Shown: positions 44,301-58,100 of the stretch, in pieces
Numbering within the stretch: the first letter of the stretch is position 1
Layout: each line of letters opens with the position of its first letter
Assembly (NCBI RefSeq): GCF_964355755.1
Contig: NC_092680.1
Span: 18,981,045-19,045,044, forward strand
Reading direction: 5' to 3'
Length of the DNA: 64,000 bases
Origin: Antedon mediterranea
Lineage: Eukaryota; Animalia; Echinodermata
Translations under genes and position numbers: made by a program
Notes under the pieces: model-generated
Database searches by the model: none
Seen by the model: the letters and a program-made list of their open reading frames with translations, nothing else
What the model was told of the DNA's origin: nothing

Positions 44301-47300
44301 GTAAACAGGGAGGCAACAAAATCACTTTAAAGCATGCAGTTCTTAAAGAACATAAACCGCTGCAATAATTTCCAATTTTCTCTTGCTTGCTAGCATAATG
44401 AACTAACATTGTCAAGAATGAGACTATGCAATAGGGAGGTCAAGCCACGCACTGCTTTGTTACAGCTCAGCCAAATGCAAGACAAAGGACCTCGACATAA
44501 TCACCCAACAAGCGAAAAAACAATAAAAACAAGCGAGTTATAAATAATAAAATATTTAAAAACTACCTGATTTCTTGTGGCAATTTATCTGATTCTCCGT
44601 CCAACACGTGGAACAATAGGATTTTTTGTTAGCTAAGCTTCAACGACCGGCCGTTGAATTGGATTTATGAATATGAAATATAATTTGAGGTGAAAAACAT
44701 GATGCTAGTAAATAATCATCTGACCTTGAGGAATCAATTAGAAGCCCTCTAGATAGTTGTAGCCATCTAGACAGGAAGTGATCATAAGGCTTATAGTACG
44801 GAAAAAAAATCCTGCTGTGATCGTCACAAGATGACTGACAGTTTGACACTTTTTGACTTTTTTATGAATTGGCAATTTTTTAAGGATTTCTTTTAATTTT
44901 TATTATGATTGACATTACATTAATGTTGACATTTGTATTTTAAACATAATTCGTATTATAGATTTAACATTAATATTCTTGTTATTTTTTTAATAATTAA
45001 TATTTTTACTTAGGATTTTATGGTAGTACATTTTGTTTTATTTTAACCTTCTATTAAAAAAAATCATGAATTGAATTTTAGGATCATCTTAAACTGTATA
45101 TTATTGAAATTTTTCTATAAAAAAAATCATGAATTGAATTTTAGGATCATCTTAAACTGTATACTATTCAAATGTTTCTATAAAAAAAATCATGAATTTA
45201 ATTTTAGGATCATCTTAAACTGTATACTATTCAAATTTTTCTATAAAAAAAATCATAAATTCAATTTTAGGATCATCTTAAACTGTATACTATTCAAATG
45301 TTTCTATAAAAAAAAACATGAATTCAATTTTAGGATCATCTTAAACTGTATATTATTGAAATATTTCTATAAACAAATTTTTATTAAAATTCTTCAATCG
45401 CAATATTTTAACCGTATATCAGGATTTAAAATAAACATTTTGTTTAAGATAAAAATATGGATTTTTTGTCACTGAAGAGACTAGATTGATTTAAATTGAT
45501 TGAATCTATTTATAAAATATAATTTATTCAGCAGAATAGCATGTTCAATCAATTATACATATTGTAGTTGAATTTTACGTTGAAACAAACATGATTTTGT
45601 AGTTCATCATAAGGGTAAATGCTGCCCTCGTTGTTCAATTTTTCACGAGATACAATTATCAATCGAGCCTAAGAATTTTAGCCGTTCGTCTTATCTTAAT
45701 AGCACAGAAGGGTTGAATGTTATTTTTCATAATATTAAATACGTTTTTTTTGTAATGTGGTGAAACAGCAAGCCTTGTCTGGGATATTAAATAACCAAGG
45801 GAGTTGACTGCACCCGATCCCTATGGAAAAGCTAACCAGTGACGACATCCACGGCCTAGTAATATAATATGATTAAAAAACATTATTGTCTCTTGTCAAA
45901 GTTTTTACTGTACAATCCATACAAATTTAAAATTTTTGATTAAATTGAATTTAATTATGTATACTGTGAACCCTAAAAAAATACTACAGTATACTTAATT
46001 CTAATTTGACCACCTTAAATAATATGTATATTCGACCGGGCTGTTACTTAGATAATCAGATTATCTATCTGCTCAAACTCCTCACTGATTTTATGGTAGC
46101 AGCAGGAGATCACTGCGAGGTACTGTATTGTGAGTGACCAGTTGAGTATGCCTTATGTGCATAAGCAACTTCAGAATATACAGTACTGTGCTTAGATTTG
46201 TAAAGTTAAAGGTATCTTTACGCCACTGAATGACATGCAATACTATTAATGAATTATTTCACATGGTACCATGTATAACATTTTGTAAGGGAATAATTTA
46301 CAAAATGGTGGGTTGTCTGTTTGGTACCAAAGAACACTTTCAACATAAAAAAAAATATGCCCGTCATTCATCCTCAAATGCGTACTGCACCAGGCCTCAT
46401 GCAGGGTATGAACCTGGCCAGGTCAGATGACACAGACCCTGTATGCTTAGCCCAGCTTAAGTGTTTTGAGTACCTACCAAGATTTCAAAAAAATATTGGG
46501 GAGAAACACACAAATGAGTCAGCAGCGAAGGAAATGATTTAAGAGATGTTAAGCCTGTAGGTCCCAAAGAAAGATAAAAGGCTGTCTAATTTGAGTGATG
46601 TAAACTACATGTCAAAAGAAAACATCTCTTATAAATGGCAGTCAATGGTGGGTCTATCATAACCTAAATCATACTTGTTTGTTAATGATAAAAGGGAGGT
46701 TTCGCAATCTTACGAATACGATAACGAAAACGGATACGTCACGCACACGTATTCGGTTTTCGTAAGCCAGTAAAAATCTGTTTCGCATGGCAACGAAATA
46801 TTGAGAGCGCCGTCCAAAATATGACTGCGGTAAATTTAAGCGAAGCGCAGGTACGTGTTGCTTGGTGCTTGGCTGCCTAGGCCTAGCGTAACATCAAAGC
46901 GAGTGAGGACTTTAAAAACTGCTATTTATCAAAATTGACCAGGCATTTTAGTAAATTACTTTAGTAAATTACTTTCAATAAATCTATAATTATATTATAA
47001 TCATGAATAATTCCTGATTCAAATGCAAAATGTGTAAAATAGATTAAAAACTATACTCGTTTTGTAGTTACGAATATGACTGATGATATTCGTAAACACG
47101 AAAACGCTTTACAAATATGAAATGGAGATCAGCTCAAAAGTTTCACAAATGTGTGACGTATCCGTTTTCGTAAGGTTGCGAAACCTCCCTAATAAGAGTA
47201 CAAACACAGCCTATAATTGTCAGAACGGCGCTACGCAATGGAGCGCCCTTTGATATACAGTATGGGAGGCATTGTGACAGCCAGTCTATTATTCACCCTC

Positions 47301-50300
47301 TCCATTTCAGAAATCATGGATCAGCCCTGAAGTCAGTACCATAAAATATTTTCAGCCTATAATCTTCACACTCTTTTAAAACATTGCTGGAAAATCATCT
47401 TTAATGTATCTTAAAACACACTCGACTACTACTACTTCATAGAAAGAAGAACTCTCTGTAGGCCTAAAGTGTAAATTCTGTACTATCAAAATCAAATCAA
47501 CGTTTTAAATTTTAGAAATTAAAACTGACAATGAATTGTCAAATATGGTTGAAAAGCTTTTCTAGAAAATACTTGGAATCTAAAGGAAGTTATTTAAAAG
47601 ACAAACTAAAGTATGAACATGTTAAAAAGAGTATCCGTGTTTAAAATAATTACATTTCCGAAGTCCCACCCTATTAAAAAGAGGTGTCTTACAGTTTACC
47701 ATCAATAAATTGAACACGGCTAATTCGCCTAATGCATTTTTAGCTTGTCCATAATTAAATTTTCTCGTTAAAAGCATAGAATGATGGATGGAGATCAGTA
47801 TACCGTTACCAGGCAAGTGGCTTCATTTTACTTAGCATAAATTGCTTAAAACGGCGAGTTTAAAATTTTGACCATTTTGAATAATATAAGATTGGAAAGT
47901 CTGAGAGTGCTACCAATGTGTCAGTTCACATAAAATTATTCCAAATTTTTCCTGGTTTTAAATAAAAGGTTGGGTAATTCTAGTTTTTAAATTGCTATTG
48001 AGAATTATCTTAACTACAACCATTTTGGTAGCAAATTTCAAAATTTTAAATCGAGATTTCCTGTTTTTTTTATAGCTTATTTCACGTTTAACGTATGCAT
48101 TCAGAGTTAAAATTAACAATTGCCACTATGGAACTGTATCTTTGTGAATTTACAATACACACCAAGATAAATATTGATTTTCCGTCTAGTTTCGTAATCT
48201 TGTACCGCTTAAACTAGCAAATCCAGGTGGGGGAATGAAATATATTCTTATTAAGAAATAGTCAATTCCAAAATCGGAAGATATATAAACTGACTTTCAG
48301 GTAGACACAATTAAGGAGAGTTGACTGTACAATTTTCAGAAAAAATATAATTATAAATAAATATGGTACACTTGAGTACCACTACCATAATTTATAGTAC
48401 ATTTAAAGTTCAGACACTGTACTGTATTTTTGTTTGCATTGTAAATATGGTATCATATATCTCCAGTTGTGGTATGCATTTTTTTGCATGGTAAATATAG
48501 TATCATAACTCCGGTTGTGGTATGCATTTTTTTGCATGGTAAATATGGTATCATAACTCCGGTTGTGTTATGTATTTTTGTTTGCATTGTAAATATGGTA
48601 TCATAACTCTGGTTGTGGTATTTATTTTTTTTTCATGGTAAATATGGTATCATAACTCTGTTGTGGTATGCATTTTTTTTGCATGGTAAATATGGTATAA
48701 ATCCGGTTGTGGTATGCATTTTTTTTGCATGGTAAATATGGTATCATAACTCCGGTTGTGGTATTCTTTTTTTTTGCATGGTAAATATGGTATCATAACT
48801 CCCGTTGTGGTATGCATTTTTTTTGCATGGTAAATATGGTATGGTATCATAACTCCTGTTGTGGTATGCATTTTTTTAGCATGGTAAATATGGTATCATA
48901 ACTCCTGTTATGGTATGCATTTTTTTTGCATGGTAAATATGGTATATCTCCGGTTGTGGTATGCATTTTTTTTGCATGGTAAATATGGTATCATAACTCC
49001 CGTTGTGGTATTCATTTTTTTTTGCATGGTAAATATGGTATCATAACTCCTGTTGTGGTATGCATTTTTTTTGCATGGTAAATATGGTATGGTATCATAA
49101 CTCCGGTTGTGGTAAATATGGTATGGTATCATAACTCCGGTTGTGGTATTCTTTTTTTTTTGCATGGTAAATATGGTATCATAACTCCTGTTGTGGTATG
49201 CATTTTTTTTGCATGGTAAATATGGTATCATAACTCCTGTTGTGGTATGCATTTTCTTTGGATGGTAAATATGGTATCATAACTCCAGTTGTGGTATTCA
49301 TTTTTTTTGCATGGTAAATATGGTACTGTATCATAACACCCGTTGTGGTATGCATTTTTGTAATGATAACTATGGAACTCTCATTGTGCAGCCCTCCTAT
49401 AATTTACTTACTGAATCTAATCCATTAGCGTCTCTCTGTCTTTTCATCCTTCTACAAGACTTGAGGTATGTTCTTATTCTTTTTCTAGCTCTTTCGTGGA
49501 ACTCTGGAAACTGTCTGTAGCATGCCTCCAGTATTGCCTGTACTTTGTCTTTAGGTTGTTTTGAGATCGGTACCATTCTGTCCAGATTTTCATCAACAAA
49601 AAGCCGTACAAACATCTATAAGATATGAAACATAATAATGTTATTAATAATAAGAATAAAAAGAAACAAAAGAAATCATTTGTTATTGTTTTAATCACTA
49701 ATTCAGGAAGTCAAATAATTTATTTACAAAAGGGAAAGAACCTTTCAAACAGGTAACAGAGTGTATGTCTGAATACTGTGGTTAAGTTTTGTCCTCTCAG
49801 GTGTACCTCTTATTATAATAATTCATAAACAAATCCAAAACCACAATTTTTCATTTCCTTCTAAAAAATTATTTACAAAGTTTTTAATATATTACATTTT
49901 TAGCCTGAAATATATAACTACAGTAACCCAAAATAACTGGGAAACAAACTCTCCTCTTCTCTAAATATATTCGGTTAAATAAAAACAAATAATGTTGCTG
50001 AATTACACACTGCCAATTATTGAGCTTCAACACTGTCTAGCCTCATTAAAAATGATTCACTTAATGCAATAAACATGAACTGTTATTAGTGCATTTAAAA
50101 TTTGATGGTGTAATAGGTTAAATTTCAGACTTGCTTCAACTTGTGCTGTATTCTTATCAGTGAGATTAATGTATGGAAGGCAATCACTGCCAAAAATACA
50201 ATTACAAACATACAATGAACACAACACAAAAGCACACAACATAGTCGGGAAAATTAATGTGTACAATATGACCATTGATATTTTTCGTAAATGCATTTGT

Positions 50301-53095
50301 AATTGTATTTTCGGTGGTGATTGCCTTCCATAGCTATGAATGTAAGGGTATATTAATGTAAATGATAGTATTTTGAACATTTAAATACAGTATTATTATT
50401 CTAATAAAGTAGTGATAACTGAGTAATACCTAAATTAAACTCTTTCATAGGTAGAATCTATGGGTGTTTATAAAGGATGGGAGGGAGGAACATAGCTAGT
50501 GGATATCAACATCATATTTTATGTATTTGTTGTAGGCTTACTGGTAGAACGGTCAAGCTTATTTACGGACTACGAATGATCCACCATTCTATATTGACTG
50601 ACTAGCAGGCAGACTGACCAACTGATTGACCAAACCAATTAACATATGGTGGACAAAATTACCATCAACTGAATCAACAACCAACCAATTGACCAACTGA
50701 TGGAACAACCTTTTGATTGGCTGACCAAGTACAGTAGACAAGCATTTTGTTACTGAAAAGCTGACTGAAAGATGTTGACTTAAAGAAGAGCTTTACTGTT
50801 TATCACTACTGATTGGTAGGTAAAAACATTAATATGTCTTTGTTGGACTGAAGTCATCATTAATGAATGGGATGCCCTTTCAAGTTTCAACAATTTGTTT
50901 TTGACCTATCACATAGATATATTGTGGTGCTCGTCGTCCAGACAGAATCCAATGAAGCAATGTTGAGTACTCAAGTCATGAAGCACATCCCTACATGCGC
51001 AAAATTAATTAACATTGCATAACTAGGTCATAGGTCATCACAAATTGTTCCCTAATGCTGAATGATTAACGTACATTAAAGGCTTTAAGTCTCTCAGGAT
51101 CTACTCCTGGTGTTGATTCATTCAGCTTGTCGCTATCATCATCCCCGTCATCATCTTCGTCCTCTTCTTTTGTTACGGTCAGATCTTCCGGTGCCTCGTG
51201 CGCTCTTTCTTGCTGTGGTTGAGTTAATCCGTAAGGAAAGTGACCATTTGACGGTGCTTGCTGAAAGAATGAATAAAAAACATTGATAAATTCAATATTG
51301 ATGAAAGTATTATCACTAACCAGGTTACACCATATTTTAACACCCTAATTTACCCTCCTATGAAAATTCTGACCGTACCCTCAGGGTGGATCCAGTTTAG
51401 CACTTATAATTTTACATTCTGTCAAAAATAGGTATTAAAGAGTAGTTCATAATTTAATTTTGCCTGTCAAAAGAGGAAGCGGGCTTCCCACCTGGATCCG
51501 CCCTCTGACCCTACAAGAATGAAGTTTATCTATTTACAGTAAATGTTCATAAATATAAAGTCTTGAATGTGATGTGTACTAAGTATATAACCTGCGACTT
51601 GCAGCCTACTGGACTACAGGTGCGGACGACACATACCACAACTTTCTTCTTCCCTAAGGGTCGAGTGCAGCTACCAAACGGCATCCATTCGTCTGTCCAT
51701 AACGACAGGGGCTGCATAGATAACCCCCTACTTTTTGGAAAGATATATGTACTGGGTTCTTTAAAGTGTACACTGGACATCCAGTTTTAAGTCCTTATCA
51801 GAGTTACCATCAGCTACAAATACTTACCCCAAATCGTATTGATGGTGCATAGCTGTCCACATATCCTTTGTATTCCATGTTCTGAGCTGTGAATCTCTCA
51901 ACACCTTGTGGTGATGAAGCCCTCTTCATATCTCTACGGGCTTCAATCAAGGCAACTTGGGGATCGGTAGGCATTGGAGAACGGCTTTCTTCAAGTGTGG
52001 GTGTAGCTTGACCACTGCTTGGTTTTGATGACTTTAAATCTTCTGTAATGAAAAAAATTTTTTTTATAGCTAGACACACTAAAACACACAGAAATAAATA
52101 AAAGTTTTAATTTAAATAATTGGCAGATGTTATTCAATGATAAGTTGGAATTGTTTTATTATTGTTTTTAGTTTATCCATGTTGGATGAATGAAAAAAAA
52201 AATGTTATCCATTCATAGTATACACACTATCCATAGTGGAAGTGGGGTATAGTTATTATATGACCCTCAATTTTCTCCCAAATCATTTCTTGTTATGTAG
52301 GAGGGGAAAGGTACCCATTGAAACGCTATCCAAATTCTAGTTTGTACTTTTTTTTAAATGCGACCATAAGTTGTCTGTCTCTTTTTTGGCTTTAGCCTAC
52401 TGAATTTATTATTACTCTAGGCCCTATGGGGCAACAGTGGACCTAAATAGCCACCAACCACCACACGCACCGCCAAGACGTCACAACACCACGTGTATCA
52501 GTAAACACGTTAACAAAGTTTTCCCAGAGTACAACACAATAAATTAAGTTTTAGAATGAAATATCGGATAAGCTATATACCCCACTCAGTACTTGGCCTA
52601 CTTAAGTATTAAGTAGTACTAGTAGTATTTAAGATATCCTTGCAACCGGACCTAGGCCCAAGATGTTCCTAGTGACTGATGGAACTGGTTCTCCTAGTCT
52701 TTTTTCTTCCAAAGGGTGGTAGGGGGGAGAGAGAAAGGAGGACCCCACCATACCGGGCGCGGGCGCGCGCCCTCAAAGTAAAAACAAATGCCTAGAAAGT
52801 AAAGTTCCATAGAAACATGTCACACCTCATTGCACAACAGGGACGGGTTTCTTTAACTTGAAAACAGGTATTGAAACACTTTTTAGAGACCCACAAGCTA
52901 GTAATACAAACATTTCCCGACAAACAACAACATACCTTTTTTGATATGGTGATCCAGTGCGAGGGGCTGATGAGGACTCAGACTTCGTACCTCTGCTGGC
53001 GTCAAGCTAGCCTCGCCTGCTGGGGTAAGTGTTGGGTCAGAGGTTAAGCTAGGATCGCTAATTTCTGTATCAACACTTGACAATGAGGTATCGTC
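41330..53095 (-). CDS. NOL4L: Nucleolar protein 4 / NOL4-like, 3' portion (7 coding exons, 416 aa; N-terminal exons not found in the window)
   Basis: Exons 52936-53095, 51828-52042, 51075-51260, 49412-49615, 43042-43167, 42471-42675, 41330-41484 join in frame. Conserved NOL4-family blocks: [33 protein letters not shown]...[51 protein letters not shown], and [23 protein letters not shown]. Probably a co-orthologue of vertebrate NOL4 and NOL4L. Confidence 0.93.
41638..41770 (+). mobile_element. Degenerate, internally deleted copy of the 12748-13078 SINE
   Basis: GTGGTTAAGACAG...GGTTCAAAG...GTTCTGGTGGTAGA...GGTTACCCC are shared with the 12748-13078 copy. Confidence 0.55.
43430..43700 (+). mobile_element. 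Possible highly decayed CR1/L2-type LINE 3' fragment
   Basis: One frame reads KRATKLV...LPLS, reminiscent of the RRATKL motif near the end of CR1-group ORF2. It is interrupted by stops. Confidence 0.3.
45050..45372. repeat. 63-bp minisatellite, about 5 copies
   Basis: AAAAAAATCATGAATTGAATTTTAGGATCATCTTAAACTGTATATTATTGAAATTTTTCTAT recurs with a 63-nt period (45064, 45127, 45190, 45253, 45316). Confidence 0.95.
46694..47189. mobile_element. MITE with long TIRs (Harbinger-like termini)
   Basis: GGGAGGTTTCGCAATCTTACGAA...ACGAAAACGGATACGTCACGCA at the left end and TGTGTGACGTATCCGTTTTCGTAAGGTTGCGAAACCTCCC at the right end, followed by TAA. Confidence 0.8.
48425..49360. repeat. ~47-48-bp minisatellite, about 19 copies, in a NOL4L intron
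   Basis: Unit TTTTTTTGCATGGTAAATATGGTATCATAACTCCGGTTGTGGTATGCA with a variable T-run. It begins about 50 nt past the splice donor at 49411. Confidence 0.95.
51382..51507. mobile_element. hAT-like MITE remnant (CAGGG..GGATCCAG family); related end at ~38550-38565
   Basis: CAGGGTGGATCCAG...CTGGATCCGCCCTCTG inverted termini; ACCCT is present on both flanks. Confidence 0.55.
51560..51808 (-). mobile_element. 5'-truncated Deu/Nin-domain SINE with a different 3' tail
   Basis: The minus strand GATAAGGACTTAAAACTGGATGTCCAGTGTACACTTTAAAGAACCCAGTACAT...AGTAGGGGGTTA matches 12852-12942, then diverges. Confidence 0.7.
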
Positions 53096-55064
53096 CTATA
53101 AATGAAGATAAAAATATTTCAAACTTAAAACATTTAGAAAATAATTTGGAAAAACACGAATTATTTAAACACTAAAACCAGCTTCATAAAGTGTCTTTAC
53201 TGTATAAAGAAAAATGTCAGAAATGTTGAAGTAATGCTCGAATATTCAGAGAAGTATCGCGTTGTGAGTGAAAGGTCGTGACGCGAAACAGCGTACAACA
53301 CACGACACAAAAATCTGATGAATCTTGAACAAAATAATGCATAATGAGCTACGGTAGCGTGCAGAACCATCCTATTACCTACCAGCATCAACACACATAA
53401 GGCTGCTTTGTCACACTACTCAGATGAATAATTGATAGCGTAAGTGAAGTTGCCTAGCAAGCTGACCCTTCACAGCACACGTATGCCTCTGTTTAGTTCG
53501 CGTGAGTGTGTCTCTGTTCTCAAAAGATCATTAGCCTATGAATCCCTCGAGAGAGATTTTTAACCGGAGGCTGTAAAACTCACCCAAGTGACGTTTACGT
53601 AAAGCACAAGTAATTTATAGAATCAGTACCAATATTTATGCAAAGTCTTCAGCGTTTATTACAAAACCCCATTGGCGCACTTTTTGGCCATTTACAATTC
53701 ACAGTATTTTGATAGAATCTAATTTCCCACGGCCGCAATACAATTTACGGATGCATCCGATAGTGCTAAAATCTGCTCCTTTGCGCCTGTAGGCGTTGAT
53801 TTAAAAACTGATGACTTATAGTTCCCTTTCTTCGGGCTGGTCATTGCGCCCATTCTTGCTAAATCATTAATCGTCGACCGTGCCTATAAACAAGATTGTC
53901 TAATCCGTTTGTTAGCTTGGCCATCCATCACGCTACCTAATCCCCTTATCTTCACTGAACCCAAGAGAAGTAACATTTCGATTTATATTTACAATGATCA
54001 GTGCCAGTATGGTTTTAGATTTAGGCTTTGCACACTTTCTCATATTCCCTTTTAACTACTTACGTTTTATACGTGTTGGTCTTTTATCTAATGTCAACAG
54101 ATAACACAATTTACAAAAATTAATGAAGCAATGTTGAACTTCAGTACTATACTAAGTCACAAGTGTTTACGTTAGTTTACCGATTTTGTAAGCCGTGTAT
54201 CACATGCTATATCGAATGTTGTGTTCATCACACCACGTTACATTAGCATAACTAATTTTACAGTCAACATAGATAAATGATGCACTACTGTAGGCCTATT
54301 TGTTAGGAACATCAAGTATTGAATGTTAAATTATTTATCACAACAACAGGAGTTCGGATGTCAATGCTGTCATTTCTGACGTGGGAATAACTTAAACGAA
54401 TCCGCGTTTTTCCAATTAATATTCACAAGATTGATGAACGCAAGAGATAAGTGGACCATGAACCAGACGGGACTGCAGGATACACCTAAATTGACTACAG
54501 AGTAGAATAGTAATTTAATAGTGCACGTAGGATTATGTTAAACACGTAAAGCAGTTTAACTTTTTCCGCTACAACGGTACAAAGTACGATAGTAAACAGC
54601 ATTTCGACAACCGCACAATCGCGCTTTGAAAGTCTAACGCCAACTTTGATTAATAATAGAGGGCGCACGCTTGATTATAACAGAGGGGAGGGCGTGTCAA
54701 CTTAAATTTACAGTGTATGTCTACCCATTTTTTAAAGGGTTACCTCTTTTTTGAGAGAAGGGTGTTGCCAAGTAAGTGTTATGAATCATATATCCGACGA
54801 GTAGTTACTCAAACGTGTCAAGTGAGTGAATTAAGAACAGGAAATTATTGTTTTATTGAATGTAAACTGCTGAAGAACAAAGTACGAACCGCGAACACCA
54901 AGACGAGACACTATGTACACAGGGGGCCTATCATGTCCCTCGGTAAATGAATGACATCGTTAAGTAGGCCTGTTAACAATGTGGCCATCCACGAAGCATG
55001 TGCGTGCACGCGCTCCTGCATCCCATCATGATATGATAGTAGTTTACTGAAGAAGCAGAGATCC

Positions 55065-55171
55065 GATGATGAGAAATGATGATGGGTCACATCAACATAC
55101 GGTACCTCCATTAATATGATGAGAAATGATGATGGGTATGAAGATATCAACATACGGTACCTCCATTAATA
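55065..55171. repeat. Short tandem duplication (~50 bp, 2 copies)
   Basis: ATGATGAGAAATGATGATGGGT...ATCAACATACGGTACCTCCATTAATA occurs twice. Confidence 0.85.
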
Positions 55172-58100
55172 AAACCGTATTTGGCAACGCCCATTAAATT
55201 GTGATACCGAAGATTAGTGAAGATCATAGTTACAATATGTATGGCTTGCAATCATAGAGAATGATTATACAAATAATTTTGATTAATTAAACACAATTAA
55301 ACAAAGAAAACCACGAATTGCAGACGCATTCTAGATCAGTAGGCTATATAATACGTACGTTATACACGGATGTCCATTTCTAGGTCAATCAGATTATTCC
55401 AACAGTTATAGACCTAAAAAGATTAACACTTAAGGATACCAACTCTGACAATAATTAGAAACAGTTCCTTCTTGGTTAAGGTTCTAATTACTTGCACGTC
55501 TTGGATTAGTTTTAGTAGCAAGGCCTACAATTTTAAAATAAAGAAACAGTTTTTCGTAGATCATTTTAAGACGTACCGGTACATATTCATAACAATACCA
55601 TGACATGTGATTTAGTCATGTGTTGTATCGCGAAATACAGCAGCATACAATGACGTGTATCATCATAGTACATTGCATACCATTTTTTCCGGGTATAGAA
55701 CCGACTCAAATTATAGTTACTATATTTATTATTCATCACATTAATATGCAACTTCGAATGTTTAATGTAAACTCAGTTACCAGCATATTAACTCTTATGT
55801 ACCCTCCGAGTCTATTAAATATTATTATCAAGGTAAGAGGCATATTGCAATATTATACATAAGTAGTCCAAAATCACATAACACATTTAAGATTGTTTTA
55901 TCGTAATTGCGCCCCATCGTACTTATATTCAATATAGGTAAACCAATAATTTAATAAATCGAACACAGTATTTCTATATTATTATTTGTAAAAATAACAA
56001 AGCACGACTTACGCATTTCCAGGCTAGAAGGCTATATGGTCCACTAAGATATTATGGTCTATAGGTTTGCCAGTAATAAATCCAGGATATTTCCACGACT
56101 GAGCTAAGCAAATTACTGTGGGTTACTATGGTGTTCTCAAGTGCGCTGTATACCGTTAAGTGATGTGGGATACAATCACATTTTAAGCACTCCTTTTGTA
56201 CGCGAACCGGAAAACACGGCGCTATTTGAGCAATTATGATGTCAGGCCTAATTTAAGCGGGTGTACTCGAACTAAAAGAGGACAGACAATAGTGGTTTTA
56301 CTTTCTAGTTTTTTTTGTTGTTGCACATAACATCTTACTTCATGCGTTAAATAAGTTGAAATCGTAATAATTTAGCACACTTTATTGCATTGGATTTCAC
56401 AATGTGTTTCCCCTAGTTTTTCCCCAGTGCTGAATGTTTAGGTTGCTAACAAAGAAATGTTAACTCGCTTTTAAATAGGCCCAATAAAACAGAGGAATAT
56501 CATTAAATGACAAAACACAATTACCGGTATGCCTACACATGAATTTCTTCCCAATATCACTTTCTTTTTATATGTTTCTTTTTGTTATCTTAATTACTGA
56601 ATACAATAATGGCATACATTATTACAGTAATCATGAACTGTTTATCATGACCCCTAACCTCTACACTCCTCCCCTGTTTCTTTGTCTTGCACGCCCCTTT
56701 CGACAAACGAGCAATCGAAATAGTTTTTACACCAAGTATGATAAAGAAGCGGCAAATGCAATAATAGCGTAAATAATAGCCGGCCTTTCGTACGAACGAA
56801 TGCATGATAATTAGTTCATGACCACATCCGAATTTAATGTTGTTGATTTGACTATACTACTATTAGAGAAGCCATTTGGCACGGGTCAACAGTGATAATT
56901 CCAATCATAGATGCTGGAATTCCATCGGTGTCTAGTACCGTTGGTTTTAGCTTAGACCTCTATCTCATCTTTAAGGCGGTACGAGAACGCAAAGAACGCA
57001 CCCTGGACATCCCTGGCATTCCAACTCTCCAACCATATATGGTCAGACGGTAGCTGAGTGGGGTATGATCGTGGACTCTCTGTTTACACCAAGGCGCAAC
57101 CCGTCGCGCGCACGATTTCATTGATAATGTTCAACATGCGTCAGTTGTCTACGATATCCGATTGGTCTTTTGGTTAATTATTTGATTAAATCATAACCCT
57201 ACAATCCATGATATATCAACTTTTTTTTATATCGTTGTGAAGAATAATGACGTAACAGAACACATGCTGTATACACAGACACATTTACACAGGGCATGAC
57301 TTACGTACGTTCTATCACGTCAACACAAAACAACTATTTACGAAAGTGAATAATGCGTAATATATTTAAATAACACCACAACTTAATGAGTATTGTTTTA
57401 TAGGTCGTCAATACAATACAAAGTTCATACAACTAGGTTACAGTGGTATACTTGTAACGAAACGATATTGAACGCTTGTTGTTTTGTCTCATATATTAAT
57501 AAAAAAAGAAAAATAATGACAAAAATATTGTTGATAAGAAAGTATTATAAATGTACACGATTATTCGTACTGTATCTTAATTTTTCGGAGATACAGTGTC
57601 ACGTGTTTGTTGCAATATTGACATATAGGAATTATTATTTTAAAGTTAGGTAAAGCAGTCACATGTGATGCAGTATTTAGCAATTTGCATAGATAATGGT
57701 ACTACATTTAGAAAGAAACCTCATACACTTCAAATCTAAATTTATTCTGCATTCCACAAAAAAGTCGAAATACGAATACTACCGGTATTTCATACATACA
57801 ATCGAAACATTTATAACACCAATATTCGAGACCTTCACTGCCCTTTTCGATCACGATCTGTGTCAACAAAACTTTTCCTCTGAGATTAAATATGAACGAA
57901 ATAAATGGCGCAATTGTTATTAAACTTAGTAGCATCATCGTCTGACCATTCTAGTTACGAAAGGTATTAAAAACTGCGGTTGAATGTATTGTGTTATTTC
58001 TCCAAAGGCCCGTAACTAAACGTGAGTAGGAACATACGGGAAAGACAACACACCACTCAAGTACCATCGAATATCCAGCAATACTAAGCATTTATTGTAT

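Noticed and set aside
47450-48330. Possible decayed transposon coding remnant
   Set aside because: No frame gave a convincing transposase, RT or endonuclease motif; only a TACAGTCAACTCTC-like end is visible at ~48330.
50580-50770. (CTGACCAA/CAAC)-like tract
   Set aside because: Old degenerate microsatellite with nothing further supportable.
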